Shown here: positions 12,183 to 23,700 of the stretch, piece after piece
Layout: the number at the start of each line of letters is the position of its first letter
Position numbering within the stretch: the first letter of the stretch is position 1
NCBI RefSeq assembly: GCF_038025025.1
Contig: NW_027117344.1
Location: forward strand, 1,984,001 to 2,048,000
From: Phyllosticta citribraziliensis
Lineage: Eukaryota
Direction: 5' to 3'
DNA: 64,000 nucleotides
Notes under the pieces: generated by a model
Told to the model about the DNA's origin: nothing
Seen by the model: only the letters and a program-made list of their open reading frames with translations
Databases searched by the model: none
Made by a program: the position numbers and the translations under genes

Positions 12183-15100
12183 GAAAACTCTCCTCCGGCG
12201 CTGTTGTTTTCTTAATGATACCCAACCGGAGTTTGGATCATGATGAGATCATGGTCTTGAATATTATGAGAAGACGACTGTAGGACGGAATTCCGTTCTC
12301 CAACCCGGATCGGCACGAAGTTACAGCTGAGGCTACCTTTCGTGCCATGGCTGCCTCCCCAAATACGAACGATACGACCGTTTGTTGGCCTCTTTTACGA
12401 CTGCTTCACTGCTCTATGCTCGTTGCGTTGCCTTGATTCCTTTGCCGGTCTGCGAAATCATGTAATTGCTAAAGAAGGCGTGGCGCTACGTGTGAGGCTG
12501 GAATACTATCTTCAATTTCTGGCGAGCATCCATTGCGTCCCGAAACTCCCAGAAAACTCCTCCACCCCTACAATCTAACGCGTTTAATATAGATTACAGG
12601 TTCTGCGCTTCATGGAGCTAGCACACTGGTCAGTCTTTTGCCATCTTCTCGTACATAATTCAGTCGATTTCATCTACGCAATGACGAGACTATGTTTGGG
12701 ATTTAACAAAGACTTCAACAACCAGCGATTTCGCAGACGACTGGCTTGTGCGAAGGTCAAGAGCCGGAGATTCATCTGACCCAATGCGACGTTGGCACCT
12801 GTACCCATGTCAAGCGCAACGCGTGGCAATGAGAACGGAGATGCAACCGGATTCCCAATCATCTAACGTTGCGGCAGTCAGACTGCGCTGCACATCACGC
12901 GGGCTTGCAACATGCAACTCGACAATTCCATTCGACACAATCCTTTTGGTCAGGCGAGTCTCGGTCATCAAAATGCTGACGTCTGGCGGTGAGGACTACT
13001 CTCTTGCTGCGTACAAGACTTCCCTGTACAACGTGAGACGAGCTTAGACGCCGTTGGGCAGATCGTCAGGTACCTTGTTCCTTAGCTCGCTTCCTATGCG
13101 GACGTGGCCATGGAGGACGATGCATCTGTCCGTTCGCGCCGTTGACGATGCCGTTGGTCGCATTTTCCAACGAAACAGACAACACTCACCACATGAACAA
13201 CAGCACGATAGGCCCAAACGCCACATTTCCGACATCTTCGCCGTCTTTGGCCGGTGGCACAAGCTCCGGGGGTTGAAACTGGAGCTGCCACTAATCTCCG
13301 CGCCGCCGCCGCATAACCAGGCAAGGCGCTGCGCCGCACTGGACAGAATGCGAGTTTACAGACCGGCCCGTCCACCCGCAGGAGCAATGACGCCACCCGT
13401 TACAGTGCCGCTTTCAACACCACCAACGTGGAGCACAAAAGTCATGGAATTCGCCGTCGATATGTCTCGCCTGCTGCTTACGGTTCCTCGCTCTGGCTTG
13501 GATGGCACTCTTCGTCACCAGCTTTGGCGCAGATTGCTCTTCTGAGAACAACTTCCACTGCATTTTCCAACGCCAGCGGGGTTTAGACAACGCTACAAAA
13601 CACGTGCCTCCGGAGAACGTTTGTTGTCTGACGCTGGCTGCTTACTATGCTAGTCTATCCGCTTTGTTGGATGCGCGCTACTACAGCGGGACCGGCGCCT
13701 TCCAGCGCATCGTGAGGCGCCTCCCTCAGCCTAGCTGCGGCTCCTTGGCGCCAACGTGGTATCGTGCTGTACAGCACAGTCATGGACACCTAACTATTTG
13801 CGTACTAAGTGGCAGACAAGCTCCTCTCCCAGGCTCGAAGGGGCTAAGCACGACCGTTGAGATGCAGTCGTTGTCTGCAACATTGCCAAGACCCGTTGTT
13901 GCAGTGGGAATAGCCTCATTCACGACGCTAAGCAGCCGCGCGTCGGTCGCATTACGTCTGGGGTGACGCAAATGCTACGAGTACGGTGGACGTGGAAAGG
14001 GGAAAGAGCTGAACAAGAGATGCTGCATGCAAAGGTCAGCAACGAGTACATGGTGGGATTGAATCAGCTAAAGATGGTCGCCGGCAGCAGACGGTGTCCC
14101 CGCAATATGGCTTCAACCGGTGGTCTCAAGGTTGATGTCTGAGTGAGTTCCGCTTCGCCTTGTTGACGGAATGAGTTTTCGAACTACAGTCTGGCAGATT
14201 TGATTGTTGGCAACGAGCTGTCAACTGACCCGACGTCTATCAACCTCTCCCGTGTCGCATATTCAAGCTCTCTGATATCAGTCAATTCCCATGTCGTTCA
14301 TTCGCTGATTGTTCAAAGTATTGGAGCCTTGTTTGCCAATTCTTTCTAATCAGCGACAGGTCCCATGCTTGACCAGACAAAATCAGTCGGCAATGTTCTT
14401 CCCCCACGTGAAGCTATCCTTTTTTCGATAGACTTTGAACCAACGCACCTCAATCAACCAAAGGAAGGAGTTGGAATAAGCGAACCCGTCGCCTGAGAGA
14501 TCCACAAACATGAAAACAAGGCGAACACGAACTTTGCCAATAGACTTTGATGGTCAAAGTAACTCTTTGCTATCGATGTAGAGGTTCTGGAATGCTCAAC
14601 TTACCAGGTCACCGGGTAGGAAGAAGGAATACTGTCATGGCGTGTCGGTTGACAGCGCTTGGAGAAATTCGGTCTCAAGAATCCGCCTTGCAGTCTCGTG
14701 AGGGAATTATTCAGAGCCCTTTGATCGGATCCGGTGATACCTCCTCGGCGCAATGACGTCCTCCATGCAGCCAAAATCTGAATCATACAGACTTGCAGGA
14801 CCGATGGAGTTGACTATGCGTATCCCACATTGAACGACGTGCACATGGGTCCAAATCAATCTTGGCATCCATCGGCCTCGATGCCCATTGACGCTTGTGT
14901 GAGGAGCGTCTGGCTGATGTGCAGGTCTCACATCTTGCTCCCACGCTGTTCCTCACAGCCTCGAATGCAGCCTGGCCCAAGATTCCAGCTCCAGGACGAT
15001 AGACATCCAGCGTTTCCGACATTGAACCAAGCTTTCGCACCCCTCACGTCGGCGCTAAACACGAGAAGCCTCTCCCACGACACAAGCGCAAGTGCAAACC

Positions 15101-16257
15101 CCTGCTCCGGTTCCCTTGCCTTTCCTTGCCTGCGCGTACAATGTCTTTCATCCTTTCGCCCACGCCCGGTCGTAGCTTCTCTTCACTAACTCCGACAAGG
15201 CCTCCAGCAAGCCAAAGATGTCTTGCTCTTCTCATCCCATTTGTTTTTATGACCGCGTTTCCATTCTCAGCTCGCAACTGTGCAGACATAACGCGACCTG
15301 CCGAAACCATGCTCGCCAACCGCAGATATTCACAACGGAGAGACTGACACCAGTCGTGCACATGAATTCGAATAACACTCTTTATGTCGGAGGTCGGAGT
15401 CTGAGGGCTGAGCTTTTTTCCCTTTTCTGCTGGGAGTAGGGGTCGAACTGGCCTGGCATGAATAAGATCTACAAATGACTTGGTGCCAATCCTCAGTTGG
15501 CTCAGAGTTGCAAGTGTGAAGACCAGGACTTCGAGTCTCGCCAACCAATCAGAATATGCCTCGGGGCTTGGAACTGGGCAATTGCTTCTCAGCTGGGACA
15601 AAGAACCAGTATTCCTTGAATGTTTCCCAACTCAGCCTTTCATGAGAAGTTTTGGGCGACTAAAAAAAGTTGCTGCCCGTACCTGAGCAATTGTCATTCG
15701 ACAACCCAACTTGAGTACGGAAGTCCAATCTTCAGTCGGCCAGCCAGCAATCCATCACATCATGGTCAACTCTGTTCGCCAAAACGCCAGAGAGCTTGAT
15801 GGCTGCTTGAATTAACCTTGGGCTCGGCAACGCAGCGACAGGCCGGGGCCATCCGGCGCGTCGGGAGTTTTTCCAGGTCCCGACATGCAGTCGGTCTTTG
15901 GGCAGATGCGCCGACTTGTCCAACGAATCGGTGCTACAACAAAGGACGAAGCGATTGAATGCATATGGGTTCTCATGACGCAGACGGAGAATGTGGCCGA
16001 TCTTGGAGCATGTCTTGTGTCGTGGCACGCCTGGCCTGGAGCTGTCGACTTTGAGTTCGGAAGCGACGGGCGCACGCCGAGCGATTGTTAAGCTGCAGAC
16101 GAAGAGGTCAGCTAGCGAGTAAGGATGCAGCGAGTACTAAGTGGTGCATTTCTGCACCACCGGTCGGTCGGCCGGGTCAGCGTGCAATTGGTCGTCGACT
16201 GACTGACTACGGGCGGGATCTTTCGACTTCGCGTTTGCCTCTCGACGTTCCAGCGCA

Positions 16258-17342
16258 ATGGCCGAACCGAGGCAAGTTACTATACCCCCAAGCGGCGTCT
16301 GGTGAGTGCTGCCCTACTCTTTACTTTTGCTAGTCATTTGCATTTGCCTTCAGCTTGTCCGTACAGACATGATCCAGGGCTCTTTTCGGGCTTGATCTGC
16401 CTGCTGACGTCTGCCAACAGGGTACCCGCCATCACCTTCTACGACGACAGCGACGAACTCAGCCTCGATGCGCAGGCTCAATACTATCGCTACCTCTCCA
16501 CGACGGGCCTGGCGGGACTGGTCATCTTGGGAACCAACGCGGAAGCCTTCCTCCTGACGCCCGATGAGAGACGTACATTGATTGCGACGGCCAGGAAGGC
16601 TGTTGGGCCCGACTTTCCGATCATGGCTGGATGCGGTGCTCACAGCACCAAGCAAGTCCTTGGGCACATCAAGGATGCTGCCGACGCTGGTGCCAACTTC
16701 GCGCTGGTTCTTCCTCCTGCGTACTTTGGCAAAGCATCGACTCCGGCTGTGATTGAACGCTTTTTCGACTCGATTGCCGCCAAAAGCCCGTTGCCAATCG
16801 TCATTTACAATTTTCCCGGCGTCTGCAACGGGGTAGATCTGGACTCTGACCTCATTACGCGCTTGGCATTGAGGCACGAAAACATTGTGGGCGTGAAGTT
16901 GACCTGCGGATCTGTCGCCAAAATCACGCGTCTCTCCGCCGTTTTGCCCAAAGAGCGGTTTGCGACTTTTGGCGGTCAGAGTGATTTCTTGCTCGGTGCC
17001 CTCGCCAGCGGCGCCGCAGGATGCATTGCCGCCTTTGCCAATGTTGCGCCTAGAGTCGTCGTGAAAATCTATGACCTTCACCAAAGCGGCGAGAAAGAGG
17101 AAGCTTTCAAGTTGCATCAGAGCGCAGCTCTGGCTGAGCAGCCTTGCAAGCTAGGGATTGCGGCGACCAAGTACGCTGCTGCCATCTACACCGGAAAGAG
17201 AGCAGGAATCGCAAATGTCGAAAAGCTGGCAAAGCCAAGGGAGCCCTACACTGAGCCGTCAGAAGCCGTGAAGAAAACGGTACAGGAAACAATGGCGGAA
17301 ATCCAACAAATCGAGTCCCGGGTGGCGGAGTCTGGACGATGA
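16258..17342 (+). CDS. DHDPS/NAL-family class I pyruvate aldolase (HOGA1/GaaC-like superfamily)
   Basis: MAEPRQVTIPPSGVW|VPAITF spliced across intron 16302-16420. Motifs GLVILGTNAEA, PIVIYNFP (catalytic Tyr) and NIVGVKLT (Schiff-base Lys). Confidence 0.9.
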
Positions 17343-17957
17343 AGAGGCCAGGGGTGACTGTCTGGTCTCCAGTCTGGCTGCATCGAGGCCGATTTCCGGC
17401 CCCTTGATAGCACGCCGTCAACTCTCGGCTTTCTCAATTCCATTCTCCTTCAAGCAGTGGTACTCCATATGAAGCAAACCATCAGCTTGAGCCAATTGAT
17501 CTTTTGTGCCGTTCACCAGAGACGGAGACGTACCTTCAAACCCTCGTCTTGCGGCTTCCCAACGGACATCACGCCAAGGCGCGAGCTCGCTCCGCCGCAC
17601 ACTCCGGCCTCGCCATTTCAACGACCCGAAAGCACGCAGTCAGCGATGCAGGTGAGTCAATTGGAGTGACTGTTAGATGTGGAGTCGTTGAACTGGGGAA
17701 GAAAGGAAGCACGGCACGCCGCGAGGCCCCCGGCTCTCACTCGGAGAACAAAGCGCGCAGGCGAGCGCCGTAAAAAAAGTGGGAAAGAGTTTTCCAGGCA
17801 CAACATAAAGTCAGGAGGATACCCCTCCTCACGCCATCGTGTTGTTGTCCATTAAAGCCCGCCGCCTTGCCCCCGTGTTGACGGATTTTGAGCCGCATCT
17901 GTCGCATTCTTTTCCAACATCTTCCCTTGAGCCGCAGTCAGCCGCCATTTGCCGAAC

Positions 17958-19291
17958 ATGGGTTCTCTTCCGATCCCGGACTCTCGATTTGCCCATCTGG
18001 ACGAGTATCCTATGGATGAGGCGTTTATGATTATGCGAGACTTTGCTCTGGATGCTCATCCGCACAAAATCAGCTTGGGGGCTGGTGTCTACCGTGACAA
18101 TGAAGCGAAGCCGTGGATTTTGCCCAGCGTCCGCGAGGTAGGAATTTTTTTTCATCCCAAATTCATTGTCACTTATGAAAGACGTCCACCTGCCGTCAAC
18201 AGAATGAATACTGACCTGTTCAGGCTGAGCAACTCATCGTTCAAGACCCAAATACCGACCATGAATATCAACCCATGGCCGGCCATCCTCCTTTCATCCC
18301 ATTGGCGCAAGAACTCACCTTTGGCCCCCTCATGGCCTCGCTGAGCAACCGCATCGTCTCCTGCCAAACCATTTCGGGGACAGGTGCTTGTCACTTTGCT
18401 TTCCGATTCATCTCTGAAGTCACCTCAGCCAAGCGCGTCTGGATCAGCAATCCAACCTGGGGCAACCACCACCTTCTCTGGGACATTTCGGCGCCCCAAG
18501 TAAAGCAGCAGCTCTACCCCTACTACAACGCCAAGACGTGCTCGCTCGACTTTGAAGCCATGATTCAGACGCTCGACGCCGAGGCCCAGCCGGGCGACAT
18601 CATCCTGCTCCACGCCTGCGCGCACAACCCCACCGGAATCGACCCGACGCCCGAGCAATGGGCGGTCATTGCCGACGTGTGCGAGCGCAAGCAACTGTTC
18701 CCCCTCTTCGACTCTGCCTACCAGGGCTTCGCATCCGGCGACCTGGACCAAGACGCCTATGCCATCCGGCTCTTCGCCGAGCGCGGCTTCGAGCTGGCGG
18801 TGGCGCAGTCGTTCAGCAAAAACTTTGGGCTGTACGGGCAGCGCGTCGGAGCGCTGCACATAGTCGTGTCGCGCAGCGACGCAGTCCCGTCCACACAGTC
18901 GCATCTGACCAAGCTCGTGCGCGGCGAATTCAGCACAGCACCGGTGCACGGCGCGCGCATCGTATCTAGGATCTTGAGCGACGCGGCGCTGCGCAAGCAG
19001 TGGTACGGCGATCTGCAGGTCATGAGCAGCCGCCTCAAGGACATGCGCCGCGCGCTGTACGACGAGCTGCGCCGCCTGGGTACGCCCGGCTCCTGGGAGC
19101 ACATTGTCGACCAGATTGGCATGTTCAGCTACACTGGTCTCAACGAGAAGCAGGTCCGCCGCCTCCGCGATGAGCAGCACATGTACATGATGAGCTCTGG
19201 CCGCGCGAGCATCGCCGGACTCAACACGTCCAACGTGGCGGCGGCCGCGGCGGCCATCGATGCCGTCGTGCGCGCTGAGAAACAGGCTTAA
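17958..19291 (+). CDS. Aspartate aminotransferase family (class I PLP) paralogue
   Basis: Motifs KISLGAGVYRDNEAKPWILPSV, NPTWGNH, LHACAHNPTGIDPT, FDSAYQGFASG, SFSKNFGLYGQRVG (PLP Lys), QIGMFSYTGL and SGRASIAGL. Intron 18138-18223. Confidence 0.93.
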
Positions 19292-19408
19292 ACGCCGTCC
19301 AGCCCTCCTGCTGCGCCGAACTCGAGGCGCGTGACTGGCAGGAGGTCCTAAGCTCGTCTCGGATTCAGTCAACATTTCTTCTCGTCGAAAAGCGTTTCGC
19401 GTCGCATT

Positions 19409-20172
19409 CTGCATTGAAAGGAGTTTGTTCAGAGAGAAGGAAAGGAAAGTAGAGGAGGAAGGATACCCCCGCGGGTGAACAACGTCATCACAAGGTCTGT
19501 CGGTGCATAATTTTCTCTTCATGGTCATCAACATCATGTCTTACGTCTGCATCGAAAGGAGTCTGTTCACGTTGGGTTTCAACAGCATGGAAAAATAAAA
19601 CCAAAAAGTGTTGCATGGGGTTGGACGACGTCTCTTTTCGAGCAAGTTATCACAAGGTCTGTCGATGCAGCCAGCGACGCCGCTTTCCCTTTTCTTTTGG
19701 ACGTCTCGGCATTCGCCGGGACCCGTCCCACGTTATCTCGTTTTCGTCACCATCATAATCATCACTGCATTGGAAGGCGTTTGTTCGGGTCAGCAAGAGG
19801 AGGATGAGATGGAGAAGATACCCCCGACTGGACAGAGCATCACAAGGTCTGTCGATGTACACACCATGGCATCGGAAGGAATTGTTCACGGGACTTCAAT
19901 GTTTTTCTTTGCTTTCAAAGGCATGTCGACGTCGTTGCGGTGGCGTGCGCTTGCTGAGCCGTGGCGCTGCAGCGTGGCTGATCGTCTCGCCCTGCGATTC
20001 CGCAAGCGTGGATTCGGCGCCCTGGTGCCACGGTGGGGGAACGTTGTGGTGATGACTTCGCGAGCTGGACGGCGGGAGGAGTCTCCAGCGGCCGAGAACG
20101 AGCATCAGTCGTGGCGGCATGTAGACGTAGTACTGGTACCTGGACAAGTCAGCACAAGGTCAACCTAATGCA
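19409..20172 (+). ncRNA. Candidate structured ncRNA array: four A-arm/B-arm hairpin units (milRNA-precursor-like or tandem cis element)
   Basis: ATCACAAGGTCTGTCG is identical at 19487, 19649 and 19839, with a degenerate fourth copy at 20151. Partially complementary arms GCATYGRAAGG..TGTTC lie at 19411, 19549, 19767 and 19869. Stem variation is almost entirely G.U wobble on the + strand. Confidence 0.5.
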
Positions 20173-20750
20173 AGCATTCATTAAGCAGCAAGAAGCAAAA
20201 TAGGCGGCGGCGGCGGCGCTTTCCACCATGGCAGACCACTGTCTCGGGATAAATTCTTCATGGCGGGTTTTTTGCTTTTTCTTCTTCTCTTCAAGAGGCG
20301 CGGTGGCTTGTCTTGGCTCTTCGTGATCGTCTTGCCCTGCCTTCGGGGAATTTCCGCTGGCTTGTGTCCTCGCGTTCTTTGCTTTTCGCCCACCCACCCC
20401 TCGGACGTCGCATTTTGGCTGAATGCAGGGCTGCAGGTGCTAGCGGTCTGGGCACTTCCCACCCCCACGGTCCGGAAAGCATCACCGTCGTTGTGGCGCC
20501 CAATGATTGAAAGTACGTCGCGTGATTGGAGCTTGTGGTCGGCGGTCGGTCTGATTGGCTGGGAGTTGGTGAAGCAGTCGTCGTTACTTTGATGGAATCG
20601 TAAAAGTCAGTCGGGCATTACCAAATTGGATATGGAGAACCGGCGACCGTCGTGAGTCGTCAAGTGTTGGAAATGTCTAGTCCTTGTCGAAGGGTCCTCG
20701 ACTCGTGAAAAAAGGGTCTTTATACGTCGTGGTATATCGAATGTTACCCA

Positions 20751-23700
20751 TCAGTTCCCTGTCGCCATTGCTTCTCTTGCGCTCACACTCCCCTGCGCCC
20801 TGAAAAGATACGGACTCCGAATGTACTTCTCGTGCCTCCTGAATGTGCCTTCCTCCAGATCCACTGGCTCGGTCTCCTCCAAACTTCTATCCTTGCCCCA
20901 TCCTCCACCTCCAGGCGTCTGGACTACAATGCGATCACCCTTTTGCATGAGCGTTGTAGCCCTGCCTCCAAGATTGATGGTTCGCACGCTGCCGTCGTTT
21001 TCCTTCTTGATCCAAAGGTTGACACCTCGTGCACCTTCGCCACCGCCCGCCATGCCGTAGGGCGCGTTGACTCGGCGCTCGCTCAGGATGGAGACTTGCA
21101 TTGGCCGGCGTAGCTCAATGTCGCGGATGCAGCCGTCGCCGCCCCGACGCAGACCACAACCACCGCTGTTAGGTCGGATGCTGAAGCGATGCAAGAGAAC
21201 GGGGTAGCGCTTTTCAAAGACTTCGGGATCCGTCATGCTATGGAATGTTAGCTCGAATAAACCCAGTAGCATTGTAAATCTTACCGCGTGTTGGTGATGT
21301 GCGTGTGGACGCCGCTCTGGCCCTCCCAGTCGGCACCTGCACCGCTACCTCCTGCAATCGTCTCGTAGTATCCAAAGCCCTTGGTGATGTTGCCGCGCTC
21401 GTCACGCCCACCGTAGCCAAATGTCAGATTGTTACACGTGCCTTGGCTTGCGGCCGCAGCTCTGAAGGCCTTGAAAATCAAATCGACGACGCGCTGACTC
21501 GTCTCTACATTGCTTCCCACTGTTGCGGCCTTGAGGCTTGGTGAGAGCAGCGTGCCGTCGGGACAATACACCTCAATCGGCGTCAGGCAGCCTTGATTCA
21601 GGGGAATGTCGGAGCTAATCATGCAGCGCAGGCAGTAGATGATGCCCGAATACATGATTGCTGGAGGAGTGTTGAGGTTGTTGAAGGCCTCCGGGCCTGT
21701 GCCAGAGAAGTCAAACTTGGCGGAGCCGTCTTCGGGATTGATGGTAATCTTGAGCGCGAGCGGTGTGCCGTCATCCATGTAGTCGATTGCTTCCAGGGGC
21801 TGTCCGCGGAACCGAGTCGAAAAGGTCTTGAGGAGCTCACGCACAGACTCTTCCGCATTCTTTTGAATCGCTTCCATGTAGAAGCGGACGACAGGCCAAG
21901 TGTACTCGCGGACGAGTGAGGTAATGAGGTGGATTCCGCGGTTGTTGGCTGCAATGGCGGCTTTCAGGTCAGCAATGTTGTCGCGAAGCGTTCGAGTGCC
22001 AGAGCAGCCCGGATATTGCGAGGGGACGTCGTAGAGATGGTAGATGAGGCCCTGTTCGTCAAAGACGCCCTCCTTGACCATTTTGAAGGACTCGATGGCG
22101 GCCCCTTCTTGCCAAAGCTCGGTGCTGTTGGGCGGCATTGAGCCGGCTGAGATGCCGCCAATGTCGGCGTGATGGCCTCTATTCGCGACAAAAAAGAGAA
22201 TCTCCTGGGGATTCTTTTCGTCATCAAAGACGGGTGTGATGACTGTGAGATCTGGGAGATGGGTGCCACCGGCACAAGGGTGATTGCTCAAGATGACGTC
22301 TCCAGGCTTGAGCTCTCCTTTCTTGTAGCGGTTGGCTTGGTAAGAAATGGCAGTGCTCATCGACCCCAAGTGGCCTGGAATGTGAGGAGCATTTGCGACA
22401 AGACCACCAGTCGCTGAAAAGACTGCACAGCTGTAATCTAGCCGCTCCTTGATATTTGTCGATATCGAGGTCTTTTGAAGTGTTTGGCCCATCTGCGGAA
22501 TGGTTAGACTTGTAATCATCGAAAGAGATAAACATACCTGCTCCGCAACACTCATGAACCGATGTCCAAAGACACTCAACTGAATCGGATCAATGGCCTC
22601 GGTACTCACGGCCACCTTTTCCGTATCGAGCAACTCAATGACCAGATGCTCGTCTGTAATTGTCGCCTCGCTAGCCGGATCCAAAATAATGGTCTGCGTA
22701 GCATCAATAGCAACGGCCGGGCCCTTGAGCTTACAACCCTTGGGCAAATTCGCAATGCTGTAAACTGGCGAATCTACCCACCCGTCCTTTTCAAAGTAAA
22801 TCTGCCGAGTTGACTTTGCACTGGAAGGATCGACGTAGTTGTCCTTTTGAATCTTTTCCAATTGAGCAAGAGGAGTGGAGACGTGCAAGTCCATGGCTTT
22901 CCCAACACTGCGAACGCGTACATCGTCCACGAGTATATCGCGCGGTTGGGTGAAGCCAAACTCTCTGTGATGTCGCTGGACAAACGCTTGGGCAAAGTCG
23001 CCATCGGCGGGCTTGGAAATCATGAGCGCAGTGTCAGAGCCCTTGTAGCGCATATTCAGGAAATGTTCGTGCTCGACGCGGTTCTCGCGGAAGCCTTGTT
23101 TGGTGAGGGCGTCTGTTGCTTGCGAGCACAGCGACTCAAAGCGGCTTGCGATGCGTCCAGCAGCTTCCGGTCCGTACGCGACTGCTTCTGGTTCCTGCTT
23201 TTCGACCACGACATCCGCCAGTGCCATTCCGTAGGCCGAGAGAATACTGGAGAGCTGGTGAATTAGGACGCGCTTGATTCCAAGGTCTCGCGCAATGGCT
23301 GTCGCATGTTGTCCACCTGCTCCGCCAAAACAAGCCAGGTTGTGACTTGATGTCTCGAATCCTCTGCCCTCGCTGAGAGTGCGAATCGGACGGGTCATGG
23401 CCGCGTTCGCAACTTGAATGAAGCCCATGGCAACCTGTTCAGGAGTAAGCTTGTCGTCGCCATGCTTTTCAGCGTTGACGAGCTCTGTGAGTTGAATAAA
23501 TTTCTTCTTGACAACCTCTGAATCAAGAGGACGGGGAAAGTAGTCTGGAAGAATGCGGCCGAGAAAGTAGTTGGCGTCGGTGATGGTCAAGGGACCTCCC
23601 AAGCCATAGCAGGCAGGCCCAGGATTTGCCCCGGCGGATGATGGGCCGACCTTGAACAGTCCATTCTCCCAAAAGAGAATGGAACCGCCACCTGGACGAA

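Noticed and set aside
18425..19537. Long antisense ORFs (also 48730..49761, 39395..40114, 62917..63702, 16350..17117)
   Set aside because: They are shadows of GC3-rich sense genes and have no motifs.
19409..20172. CRISPR array, hammerhead/hairpin ribozyme, C/D snoRNA, or repeat-peptide (IDRPCD / SFRC) precursor readings of the repeat array
   Set aside because: The context is eukaryotic, spacers are irregular and there are no cas genes. There is no CUGAUGA..GAAA core. The C-box-like GTGATGA occurs in only one copy. The repeated peptide motifs fall in different frames with stops and have no signal peptide.
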